Of a stretch of DNA of 64,000 nucleotides, positions 1 through 12,099 are shown in pieces; position 1 is the first letter of the stretch; each line of letters begins with the position of its first letter. The DNA is from Paragordius varius (Eukaryota; Animalia; Nematomorpha). Location: NCBI GenBank assembly GCA_964247055.1, contig OZ176057.1, positions 1,736,001-1,800,000 of the forward strand. Direction: 5' to 3'. Below the pieces are notes generated by a model that did no database searches, was not told where the DNA came from, and saw only the letters and a list, made by a program, of their open reading frames with translations. The translations under genes were made by a program, and so were the position numbers.

Positions 1-1
1 T

Positions 2-82
2 TACAAATCATATTTTCATAAATTTTTACTTTATAGCATCAAATCTTCTGCAGTGTTAATCCTTCTTTTTAAACAATTTTGA
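2..82 (+). CDS. 3' end of a paralog of orphan multi-TM protein X (gene starts left of the window)
   Basis: Frame from nt 2 reads YKSYFHKFLLYSIKSSAVLILLFKQF*, matching the C-terminus of ORF 8356-9390 (PKSYIYKFVPTCIRSSAVLILLFKKFS*). Confidence 0.8.
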   Translation, partial: YKSYFHKFLLYSIKSSAVLILLFKQF

Positions 83-2288
83 TAGTTAGCGCTTACTTAT
101 AGCATTGTTTGGATTAACAATAAAAATGTAATTATATGTTAAAACGTCAAATTAAAAGACAACCATATCTTATTAAAGACAACCACATTTTTAGATCTGA
201 ATTTTTAAAGAATTCAATTTTGTTAAGCGAAATGTGAATTAGACATGCAAATTGGTTATGTACTCACTTAAATAAATTTGTAATATATAGTGTATGTAGG
301 GAAACTTGGAAAAGGTATGGTTAACCTCTTTATATTAAAATAATTGCTTTTTATTTTTTGTGTTTTGTATCAATTACGCTTTTTACTGCATATATATATA
401 TATATATATATCATCATTAGATTAAACTGTACATCTTTGTTGTTCTTTGTGTTAAAAATATTTATTCATTATTTTGTATTTCAATAAATTGCTTATTCAT
501 ATATTTTGGTTCCATTATTATTTTTTTTTATGTTTGAACTCCATATTATTTGAATGTAATAAGCTGTTAATGCAGTAATACAGTTCTGATTTCTAATCTG
601 CTACCTGCGCAAAGTCTGCCTTAATTATTAAAATTAATTTTAAATTTATATAATGATGTTTACTAAAAAAAATTGTGGTAAACCAGAGTAAAACATTAAT
701 CATAAAATCATGGCTTATAACATAATTATTTGAGGGTGATGGTAAAAATTTAGTAAAAAATTGAAATTATACAGACAAAATTTTGAAACTAAACCAATAA
801 TATTTTTTAGAAAGACAACCATATTATTAAACATTGATTCTTATAATTTTAAATCACATACATACTGGCATTTACATTCTTTTGTACAAATTTCATAATC
901 ATTGTCAGCTTATAATTCATAGAGATATAAATTATTCTAATTTTCCGATTATTTTCGGCATAATTTCGGTTATTATTTTTTTGAGTTCTTTCTACATAGT
1001 AATTTAAAACTGCTATTTTTCATTTATTACCAGATAGGATATACAGTAAAGGGCAAAGTTATTGGTTAGCCAATAAAAATTATCTTTCTTCTATATTCTA
1101 TCTTAGGCATTAATAAATTTTTCACCGCATGTGAAAAGGCATAAATGCGTTATCAAATAATTTAATTATTTTTATATTGATTATAAAAATTAAAGGCTTT
1201 TCCCTAATCCTCATAGACAAATTAATATTATATATATTGTAAAACTACCTAACAAAACATGCAATTCAAAAATTTATTATATGATAATAAAAAATTTAAA
1301 GATGAAAGGATATTTCATTGATAAATTTTTGATGACCATAATTTTTATTTTGCATCTCTTGTAGCATACGTTCACATTTACATTTTTTACGGGATTTGCA
1401 TTTTTCTTAATTTACACATTGCGCTTTCTTGGCTATACATTTTTTCGATATTCTGAGCGGAAAAAGTGTCGTTATTTAGAGGATTTGATTTTATCAAAGT
1501 GTTTTGTAACGTTTTTGTTGTGTTTTAATCGTTATTCCAAATCTCAAGATTTTTGAATCAAAAAATAATATTAATATAGCCATTTAAATTTGCATATATT
1601 TTTATTTTTTTTGAATTGAGGGCCCAAAAAAGTTTTAATCAATTATAAACGATTAAAGATTCTGAATAAATGGTTCATCAGCTCCCCAATATTATCTTAT
1701 TAAGATATTGAAACGGAATCAAATAAGTATTCAGCCTAAAAATTTTCTTATCCATTCATTAGAACGAAACCAATCGATTATACATAATGATAGGACCAAT
1801 ATTTTTATTAGCGAGAGTTATTTCGCCCCTTTGTTTACGAATTTACATACTTGTATATTGCGAGGTAAAATCAAAATCGTTGCAGACTTAAGCTATAGAA
1901 AAACCTTCATTTTTACTGAATCATGGTATATTATCAGTATAGAGTTTTTATTTATAGTCTCTCCTGCCAATAATAATAATAATAATAAATAATTGCAAAA
2001 TTACTCAAATATCCGAGGCCCCAAAATATTGCAAATGGCTGGTGTTGGTATAATTCGGGCTATACAACTATTAAGATTGATTCCAAAATAAAATTTGACA
2101 CAAGGTTTTAATGTGTTTTTAGGTTGTTGAGGATGCGTTGTGTATTGATTCGAAACTACTTTAATTAGACCATAATCAGTATTTCCTGTTAAAAACAAAT
2201 TATCAAAATAATTGAATTAAATGACTTTGTAACCCGGAATCAACAGCCAATTTTTTAACTAATGAAAATAATTGGCCTTAACGTAATA

Positions 2289-2400
2289 TACCATTTTTCA
2301 CAAAAAAGCAACATTTTTTCAGCCAAACGCAATATTTTTTCAACCAAACTCATTATTTTTAGCAAACACAACTGAAATGTTGCGTTTGCAAAAATTGTAG
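2289..2400. mobile_element. Arm of foldback/MITE family C (TACCATTTTT terminus, aagcaaacgcaacattttt-type subrepeats)
   Basis: Same terminus and subrepeats recur at ~23205-23360, 23880-23980, 39310-39459 and 44590-44680. Confidence 0.6.
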
Positions 2401-2421
2401 ATATCATTCTGTGCCAGTAAA

Positions 2422-2952
2422 CACTGTGTGCAAAATTTTAAATTTTTTTTCATTAGATAGCTTATGACCAGCGTATTCATTTGCCGTAAAAATTTCTATT
2501 TGACGTACTTTTTGAGATATTGAGAGAAAATTGAAATTGGGCAAAAAGTGAAAATTAAGGTTATTTTATGATAAACTTAAAAAATAATAATAAAATTTGA
2601 GATATTATGGTTTATTTCATAAAAAAATATTTGTCAAGAGTGTTAAAAGAAAAACGCCATCTTTTGACCTGAGATTTTATAGAAACCTTAACTTTATGAT
2701 TTTAGGCTCTTTATATTATAAAAATATCTCTCATAAAATGATAATAGACCATAATCTCTCAAATCTTATCATTATTTTTTGAATTATCCTTAAGTATCTT
2801 TAAATTTCAATTTTTGCCCGATTTCGATTTTCTCTCCATATTTCAAAAAGGTTGTCAACAAATAAAAAAATTTGCGGCAAATTTACGCTTCATAAGCTAT
2901 CTCATAAAAAAAATTTTTGTTAAAAAAATTAACCCTCTTTTTGTACACAGTG
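2422..2952. mobile_element. Transib-like non-autonomous element with long inverted arms
   Basis: Termini CACTGTGTGCAAAA ... TTTGTACACAGTG, arms of roughly 170 bp, 5-bp flanks GTAAA/GTAAT. A partial arm also lies at ~7455-7590. Confidence 0.6.
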
Positions 2953-4419
2953 GTAATGTTATAATACTAATAGAGCTTTTTTGATAAAAAAAACTACCAG
3001 CTTAATCAATGAATAAAAATTGGGGTTCACATAACAGATGTACAATAAACCCAAAAAAAGTTATTATTAATTTTTATTTTTGTATCAAATATGTTATTTT
3101 GTATTTATAAAGAATATTTCAATAAGATTTCATAGATTTGACTAAACTATACCATCTATCCAAAAATCAGAATGGAAATTTTTCAAAAAATTGTAGTTGT
3201 TTACGGCGATTTAAAATGTATAAAATTAATTTATCATTTGTAATGTTATATGATAAAGATTTGATGTTACTCTATCTTTATAGTTTTTTTTTAAAAACTG
3301 ATAGTAGTAATTTTCCTAGCCTTAAGATCCTTCAAAACAAAAAATAACGAAATCTAATAAAATACCTTGGATTATAAATATTGCATTGCAAAATAATTAT
3401 TATATAATTATTTATGTTTATTGGAATACAAGTTTATATATTAATGTTATTATATGTTAATTTTCAAAGATAATTGTAAAATGTTAAACATTTAAACAAA
3501 AGATTATACTGAAATTTTTAAAAAAACGTGACTGGTTTACATAAGCTTTTTATCTTGCCTACACGCGACTCCCATTTTTTCTTCGGAGGATCTGAGCGCT
3601 GCTAAATATTCCTGCCCAATTTAAGAATGCGAATATACAACATTTTTGACCCTAGTCAACATAGGTATCTATTACCTATATTCTATAGCTTTCAAGTAGG
3701 TTAAACACGCTTCCCCACATCTCGATATTTCACTATTTTAAGACAATCAAATTTGAAATAATTAATTTTAAACTCAATACTTGATGTTAAAATTTTGCAA
3801 GCAATCATAAATTTTTTATTTGAAGATTTCGTTGCATTTGTAAGTTTCCCCTTCTGAACAGATTTATACTTTGCCATTATAACGTAATTTAGTTTCTGGT
3901 TGACGTGAAAAATAAATCGTTTGTTGTTTAAATTATTCATTGTGAACACCTTTTTTAAATAAATAAATATATATATATTTGAGATTTGCCTGGTTCGTAA
4001 GCTTTCCCTTCACTTTTTTGGTACGGTTATATTTTATGGATAGATTATTATCATGCGAGATATAAATGTTGTCATAAAATAATTTAAAAAATGAAATCTT
4101 TTTATAAAGATATAAAATATATGGTTGGTATGATAATATGGCTAAGCACTGAACCTTACACTCTGTAAATAGCTTGAGATCTAATGCCAAAACTGATTTA
4201 AAAATATATTGGCCTGGCCAGCTTATGAATGTATTCAAAAATAGTTTTAACCATGAACTCCGCTTCTTAAAATACTACCAGTCACATTTTATGATTAATG
4301 GATTATTATTTGATATAATATAATCATGCCCTAGGCAAAAGTTTAAAGTTGACACATTAAATTCGTTACCCTTATTATGAGATCCAATTATTTATTGCCA
4401 AAAATCTAATATGTTCAAT

Positions 4420-5100
4420 TTTAAATGCAGTAGTATGGTGTAATCAAAAGTAACCGGCAAAAACGTCAGTGAAAAGTTTGCAGATGATTAATTTCATGAC
4501 TTTTGTTCATTTACATTATATTCTAATACACACAATTTCAGTTCACCAATAGCGTCCTATCATTATCAATAGATCACGTCGAATTCGCCTAAAAAAGAAC
4601 TTTTGCGGCACGCATTTATAAGAATAAAGGTTGTTAAAAATCATTGTTTGCTGTCTGAAATATGTGGGGATCCGTAATCAAAAACATTTCTCTTGAGAAT
4701 GTTTAATCTCAAACTCAACAACAATTGACAGATGCATTCTCACATAAACCAATCATTAAATGTTTACGTGCATTGGGAAAGACGAACAAATTCAGTAAAT
4801 GGGAATGAGCTTCCAGTCTATGTAAAACCATGCTTCAACGACAAGAAAAATTTTTACTTCGAACTGTGCGGATGATAAAAATTACTTTTACTTTCTGAAT
4901 CTTAAGCGGAAAAAATTGTGGTTTTACCTTATCATGCCGGTCTAATCTCCACCAACTCCAAATCACTTTGGAAAAAAGGTTGAGCTCTGTGTCAGGTGGG
5001 ACCAGAACGTGTATTTGAATAAACTTTTATAAAAAAAATACACAGCGCTTCGCCAACATATTATACATTTCACACTCTAAACGGTCAAAAGCCTTAGGAA
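4420..5100 (+). mobile_element. Decayed mariner transposase relic inside an intron of Y copy 1
   Basis: Broken frames read ALGKTNKFSKW (WVPHEL region), LRTV.DDK..YF.NLKRKKLW (DEKW region) and GKKVELCVRWDQ, with many stops and frameshifts. Confidence 0.75.
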
Positions 5101-6611
5101 CTGATTTATTTATCTATCCATATATCGATATATATATAAATATATCTTCCGATTTTATCCACGTTAATATCTTATGTTAACCAAATATTTTGTTTTCCTA
5201 ACGTTTTTGTAAATAAAATTAACAACACATATTTAATTTAGAAGTTTTTTGCTATGTAGCAATTACCATCAAAAGGGAAATGACTCTTTAGCTTAAAAAA
5301 TTACCATAATAACTCAAGCTTTCTAGTATATAATTTTAAACTATAAGAATATTTTCCCCCGATTTCGTAACAGTATTTTAAAATAGGAAGTTCTTTTATT
5401 CAAATTAATCATTTTATAATACGTTGATTGTTGGTTTAATAACTCTAAATCGGTTTAGTTATACAAAATTATCTCATCTGATCTTCTATACAATTCAATA
5501 CTTCCATAAAACTCTTTATTTTTTATCTGCCGAAAATTGTTAATATTTTTAGGCGGATTTACAGGAAAAATACTATGCTTATTACCTATACGTGTTATTT
5601 TTTTAACCGTTAACTTTTTGTTTAAAAAAATGGTTTAAATATTAAAATAAACTACTAATTCTAAAAAAGTAACCAAATTTGTACTTACCCGATAGGATGT
5701 CGTTTTGTTATCTTTGACTTTATACTAACGAATTGATATATCATATTAAAGCATATAACATTAGAAAATAGGCCCTCAAATAATATTTTTAAAATTTATT
5801 AATGTGAGAACACATGAAATCAGTTTCCTACACTGGTCCATGAGATTCGAGTGGAAATCATTTTTGAAGTGTTGGAATCTACTTAGTTTTGTTTCAATTT
5901 TTTATATATATAATTTCAAAACATTAGTTTCATTTGCGAATTTTAAGAAGTAATAGTATCGGCTCATCGAGAACATCTCCCTCCGATTTCATAAATGATT
6001 TAGAAAAATATCCTTAATTAAAATGCCAAACTAACAACAGAATTAATCAACTTATCTATGGTTAAACTATATCGAAAGTTAAAAGACGTTAATTTAGATC
6101 CGAGGTTTTTGATGTGCAGACCGCATGCGGCTATTCGGTATAGTATGAGCAGTCCACAAAATTTTATAAAAATTAACAATTACATAATTTCAAGATTGAC
6201 AAAAGTTTACATTTGGATATTTCAATAATTCTCTGAACAAGTCTTTCAAATAGATAAATGTGAAAAATAGTAATTTTACTTTTTGAAGTCCTCTGTTTGA
6301 ATAACATATGTATTAATGCCCATTTACGAATGCTGACGGAATTTTTTGAGTTTAAAATTCGGCCTGCAAGCCATTTGTGTTGGACACCCCTGATGTAGAC
6401 CAATAAATTTTAAATAATCAAAAATATCATATCCAATTATATAATCCGTTTGACAACTGAAATGTGAATCTTCATGAATTTTTTAACAAATGGCACCGAT
6501 AACCCATATTAATTTAAAATCAGGTCGTGATAACGCCTAATAAATTTTATCAAAATAAGGAGGTATAACTAAAATTTATCATCAGTGTTTTTTGTGATTA
6601 TTTTTGTTTAT

Positions 6612-6648
<37 letters not shown>

Positions 6649-7621
6649 TGGTAGTTATGCATTATATTTTGTCATCAGTCATACAAAAAATATTATAATA
6701 ATAACAATTCCCTAGTCATGATAAGGAACCATTCTTTTGAAGCCATAGATGTTTTTAAACCCCGGTTTCAACTCCATTTTCGAAAAATTTATTTAGTTTC
6801 GGTTCGAAAAATTTTAGCAATTTATCATTACACTGTTTCATATCCATTATCTGTCTGTTTCAAACCCTTATCTAAAATGTTATTGCCTCTTCCTATGTTA
6901 GGGTGCATATTATCAATATAAAACTAAAATAAAAAGATTACTGTGCCAATGTAATAATGTGTGAAATTTTGTCTTTTTAACACGTCTAGCGTGCCATTGA
7001 TGGAATAAGGCAATGTGGATTTGGTATACATAAATTTTTTGAAAAATGTAAGGGCCCCAGTGTAAAATCAAGTCCGACCATCATAGACCAAAACTTGTGC
7101 AGACAGTTAAATATAAATTGTGAAAAATAAGCAGTTAAATATAAAATTGAACTAATTTTTGCGATTTGAAAACGTGATATACCCTCTGTACTTGATATAT
7201 AATATAACAATATAATTGAATTTGTAGAGTTGTTTATACATAAGGGGTCATTTCCAATTTTAAAAATTGGTACAATCGTACAAATAATACATGAAAAGGC
7301 ATTCACTGTAAGCCAATTTTTTAACCCAAATATCCCTTTTTTCATAAATAGTGTGCATGGTTGTGGCAAATCAACCCAAAATCTTAGCTCGTTTCAAAAC
7401 AAAATAGAAAAATTACAAAATTATTGTAAATGTTATATTGCATGTGCAAAATACATTTAACAAAATTTTTTTTCATGAGATAAATGACCATCGAAATCAT
7501 TTGCGGTAAAAAATTTTTGTTTGTTTACGACCTAGTTTTTGAAATATTGAGACGAAGTTAAAATCGGACAAAAAGTGAAAATAAAGGATAATTAAGAATA
7601 ATTCAAAATGTAAACTTGAGT

Positions 7622-7930
7622 TATTCATCATCATCATCGAGTCATTGTTTCTCCAGCTTGTGCTAGAAATAGCTTGCGATCTAGACAGTCGTATTTGCTC
7701 AGTTGAGTAAAGAGTAAGTCATGGTTGAGTGTTTATTCCCAACCATGGTATGGTCTGCCTCGTTTTAAATTGCCGTTCGGATGAGGATCTAATTTTGTTA
7801 ATCCAACTATTTGAGCGTTCAATGTGGCCCCAGTCTCTGAGACGATTTACTCTGAGAAAAGAAGACATAGGCGCGATATGAAACAGACTATTTTTATTAT
7901 TATTTGTTTTAAATAATACCTTTCCTATAC
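7622..7930 (-). mobile_element. 5'-truncated RTE-type LINE, 3' end
   Basis: RLRDWGHIER C-terminal motif in ORF 7719-7982, followed by a (GAT)n tail (catcatcatcatc on the + strand). Confidence 0.7.
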
Positions 7931-8355
7931 TATTCAATGGAGATAGATCTATGGACTGAGTTTTTTTGATTTGAAGGTTCATTTTATAAGCCTAATCATT
8001 AAAACATCTGAATATAGCTTTGGTATTTTAATTTGTACAGTGATTAATATAAATCAGTATTGCTATATCTTTTGAAAAAAAAATATTTAAATAGTTTTAG
8101 GGTTAAAAGCAACAAAAAGCGCAAAGTTTAGTGTACGTGGCAGATCGTCTCAATATAAAATTTGGGGGAATTCTTAAGATTAAATAAAAACAGGAAATTA
8201 ATGAGCTATCACAAGCACTATAAACGGTAATGCTTGTGATGTCAAATGATATTACTAAATTATTTATTAGATATGTCCCCCCTCTCTTTCCATTTTTTAA
8301 TCCATTATTTTATTTATAAAAAATAATTTATATTTTTTTGATTTTATCGAAAATA

Positions 8356-9390
8356 ATGTATCCATATAAATTTTACATAGATTTGGCCAACAAAATGGGA
8401 TTGTGGTGGAAATTCTTAAATACTTTTTTGGTTTTATTATGTGTATTTAAATTTTATATCCTTCCTAAAATTTCTCCATGGATGCACGATTTCGCTACAT
8501 ATATATTATATGTGAAAAAGAGTAGGATTTCAAATTTTAACTGTGTCTGGAAAACTCTACAAGCTTTATGCGACAAATTTGACAATATCACAAACTCTCG
8601 CAAGCAGTATCCTATTTCGACACTAAACATACCTGACACTTTAATGCAACCTTGGATTATGCTCCAAAGTTTTAATATGCTTGTTGAATTGGAAACATAT
8701 TTTATCATAAAAGAAATTCATATCGTGTTATTATTGTTAAGACAATACCTAAATGTATGCATGAATCTCACGACATTTTGTCAAATTATAGCATATGCCT
8801 GGCAATTTAATGCAATATTTGGGTTACAAATGATAAATGGTATTGGAGACCCAAGTTATACAATATATAGGATTACAAACAGTCGTATCCCAATCAAAAA
8901 ACATTTAAAAGCCTTTGCTCTTTACGCGTATATTGGGATATATCTATATTTTCAACCTCAACTGCATAGTAATCAAAGTCAGATAATAATTAGCATTGAA
9001 AAAATAGTTATGAAATTCGATTTAAGAATAGGTATAGCCATGCTTATTTTTGCCCTTTTTAGCTTATTGAGTATTTGTTATCAAACGTACAAAGATTGCA
9101 AATTCCAAAACTATGGAAACTCCAATATATATTATACACTGCGTACTGACCCTATTTCTCATGAACGTTCACATTTTTACGGGAAACTCATGTTATATAA
9201 AAGTAAATTACTTTTAACGCAAAAAAAATTTGACACCTCTATGGGTCTGTTTTTACTAATTCAATGTTTATCCATTTTTTTATTAGCGTTTTTTGATGAT
9301 CTTCACCCCAAGTCATATATTTATAAATTTGTACCAACTTGCATCAGATCTTCTGCAGTGTTAATACTCCTTTTTAAAAAATTTAGTTAG
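8356..9390 (+). CDS. Orphan intronless multi-pass membrane protein X (~344 aa; about 7 hydrophobic segments, possibly a divergent chemoreceptor/GPCR)
   Basis: Long uninterrupted ORF in very AT-rich DNA (first ATG at 8356) with several hydrophobic stretches and a paralogous C-terminus at 2-82. No diagnostic family motif recognised. Confidence 0.7.
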   Translation: MYPYKFYIDLANKMGLWWKFLNTFLVLLCVFKFYILPKISPWMHDFATYILYVKKSRISNFNCVWKTLQALCDKFDNITNSRKQYPISTLNIPDTLMQPWIMLQSFNMLVELETYFIIKEIHIVLLLLRQYLNVCMNLTTFCQIIAYAWQFNAIFGLQMINGIGDPSYTIYRITNSRIPIKKHLKAFALYAYIGIYLYFQPQLHSNQSQIIISIEKIVMKFDLRIGIAMLIFALFSLLSICYQTYKDCKFQNYGNSNIYYTLRTDPISHERSHFYGKLMLYKSKLLLTQKKFDTSMGLFLLIQCLSIFLLAFFDDLHPKSYIYKFVPTCIRSSAVLILLFKKFS

Positions 9391-9952
9391 CACCAATTGG
9401 TAATATACCCAATCATATAATTTGTATTTGTAATTACATAGTTTATGAATGTCTTTTTAAAAATATTTTTTTAAATTATACCTCTTGTATTTATCATTTT
9501 CTTATTTATATATTTCATCATTCGACTGTAACTATTTATGTCATTGCACTTCTTTATGTTAATGCTATTTATTTAATAACCATATTAAAATAGATTGCTT
9601 ACTCAAAAAAATATATATAATTCCAACATATTTATTTAATTAAAGTGAAATAAGCTGTTTAACGCAGTGCGGTCCAAATCCCAGTAGAATATGTCAGTGT
9701 GCTTCCTAACTGGTTGGCAAATTTTATATAAATTATGTTTATTTTTTAAAAAGGTTTAATTATGAGCCACAACTTCTCAAATAATTACTTAAAATTCTTA
9801 TTCCAAAAACACAATAAATTTTTTAAATAAATGATTATATATGTTAGAAGCTAGTGACGTAGGGATTCTTAGCTCTCCCTAAAATAAGAGTTTTCCATCC
9901 CAAAGGATGTTAAGATTTTAAAATTATTTGTATAACTAATTCAAAGATATCA

Positions 9953-10238
9953 CAATAAAAATAAAATTATGCGGACAAAACGTAAAAAACAATGACAAAT
10001 ATTGTTTTTCAAAAGACAATTATACTTTTTAAAATCTTAATTTTTGCTATATAAAATATTTAATTTCGATAAACTACATAATTGATTGTGATACCAATTT
10101 ATTCTATTTTCTATTTTCCAGTTTAAAACAATGAGTTATATTTGAAAAAAAAAACAAGATTATATATGGTAGTCTTTTAGAAAAAAATATTTGTCTTAAT
10201 ATTTTTACGTTTTGTCCGTATAATTTTAATCTTTACTG
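9953..10238. mobile_element. Tc1/mariner(pogo)-type MITE family D
   Basis: TIR CAGTAAAAATTGAAATTATACGGACAAAA ... TTTTGTCCGTATAATTTTAATCTTTACTG followed by TA, with inner gacaaccatac/gtatggttgtc repeats. Related copies at ~757, 17640, 21357, 26220, 26740, 27506, 28590, 31660, 41508, 44229, 50328 and 54560. Confidence 0.75.
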
Positions 10239-10379
10239 TAAGCAATGGCTTTTGGGGCTGTTTTTGCGAGTACCTTCGACCAAGCCAAGGAGAAAATTCT
10301 CTAAATTGGATTGTACAACGTTGCTTAGATATTTATATTGCCTGTAGACGTAAAGCAAAAACTCTGATTAAGTTGAAGA

Positions 10380-11250
10380 ATTAAAGATGTAGTGTAGGCT
10401 TTCAAGAAAATACCCACTGAAGCACCATATTCTTAATGAGTGGATGCGGTTTTTCTCTGGATTTACATGCCCATGATTGAGACCCGCAATTAGCGACAGG
10501 GTAAAGCTCGCCTTTTGATAACTAATTTGGTTAAAGCTGTAAGGACCAAAGACTTCCGAATAACACCTTGCCTAAGATAGCCTAATACAAGCTGTGCTCG
10601 GATCTGGTCAGATGCAATTATTGAACCTAAATATTTGCAGAGATCGTTTAAGTCTATATGGGATGCATTACATGATATTGGTCACTAGGTGGTGCTCAGC
10701 ATCATTATTTTAGATTTGGATGGGTTTAACTTCATGCCCATCATCGCGTCGATGGTAAGTTTATTTAAGTAAGTTATGTCCGGATCTGATTCTGTTAAGA
10801 TTAACCGTATCGTCGGAGAACCGGAGATTGCAAATAGTAATAGCTCCGATGCGCGAATTATATGTTGAGGAACACAATTTGCATTAAAGTTTGCATGTAT
10901 ATTGAACAGTGGGGGAGAAAGGACACGCCCTTGTCTCACACCTCCGAAGATAGGGAGCCAGTCAGTGGCACCGTATTGTTTTTTATCGCAGATGTTCCCT
11001 TAAAATACAAGGATTGTCACAAATGTTTTTTATGGGAGGCTCAGTAAGATTGTAAAATCGACAGTCGTGGTTGACTGTGTTAAATGCCATGCACAAGTCG
11101 AAAAAACAGCAGTAGTTACCGAATGCGTTAAACTTCTAAGTTATAGTATTAGTATTAATTATATGATTTGTAGTATTTAGAGATGAATCTAGCTTGTACA
11201 TCAGAAATTTTGTAATCAACCGTGGATGAAATTTTTTGGCTATTTTTTTG
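10380..11250 (-). mobile_element. Decayed LINE reverse-transcriptase fragment
   Basis: ORF 10685-10939 has RQGRVLSPPLFNI (RT QG motif) and MKLNPSKSKIM; the flanks are degenerate. Confidence 0.7.
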
Positions 11251-11314
11251 AAGAGGAGTTTGGATAGTTTATTGGTTATAATTCATTCGAGATGAGAGTT
11301 GCCTTTTTAAGACC

Positions 11315-11316
<2 letters not shown>

Positions 11317-11354
<38 letters not shown>
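11317..11354. repeat. (TA)n microsatellite
   Basis: Direct reading. Other (TA)n tracts at ~389, 6620, 25855 and 45025; (CA)n at ~14394-14415. Confidence 0.95.
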
Positions 11355-11359
<5 letters not shown>

Positions 11360-12099
11360 TATAAATTATTACTTTGAATGTTATATATTGTTAGTTTTTC
11401 ATTTAATTATTGTCCAAAACAGGAAATACGAAAGGGAAATATAATTGGTTAATAATCATTTTTTATTTTTTACTGCTATTTTTTATTCGATAAACTATTT
11501 TAGCCAATAAATCTGATAGTTTCGCATATGTGAAAAGACATCAATTATTTTGTTTTTATATATCTTAATATTTTTTTATTCTCATTATTATTAATGGGTA
11601 AATTTGAAAATTTAATACCACAAAAATAAAAAATAATCAATATTTTTTTAAAAAAGCTCATTTTAAACTTGACTTCAAATATAACTCTATTTTTTAAGTT
11701 CGATCATTGATGTATCAATTAAAGATGTAAATTGGTAATAATCATTGATATATTTACAAATTAAATAAAAATTAGTTTATGTGGATAATTTATGCCAAAA
11801 ATATATATATATTTTTACTATCTGCCTTTATAATTTGAATTTTTACTATTTTCCTATAATATATACATTTATTACAATGTAATAAAAACACACCACCAAT
11901 TGAGAGGTAAAGGTATGGTACTATCCTTTTCAATATATATTTTCCTTAAATATTGTAATTTTAACTCATCTCTAAATATTAGTATATTTTTATATCATTT
12001 ATTACAATCCTCTCATCATTCCCATCATATTCTCGTTATATTAATCTACAAAACCAACCTAAGCTATCACATTTTTGCCTATTTTAATGGTTCTAACAT

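Larger units (their letters stand above)
1296..7370 (-). pseudogene. Orphan multi-exon gene Y, copy 1 (frameshifted; probable pseudogene or assembly errors)
   Basis: Exons homologous to copy 2: ~7090-6942, 5724-5689 (36 nt), ~4230-3990, 3949-3781, 2185-2005, ~1520-1296. GT/AG boundaries are shared and third-position changes between copies are often synonymous. Frameshifts relative to copy 2 lie near 7050 and 1400. Confidence 0.65.

Noticed and set aside
1708-1992. 94-aa plus-strand ORF and most other 60-110-aa track ORFs
   Set aside because: F/I/K/N/Y-biased composition expected from AT-rich non-coding or MITE DNA, with no splice or homology support.
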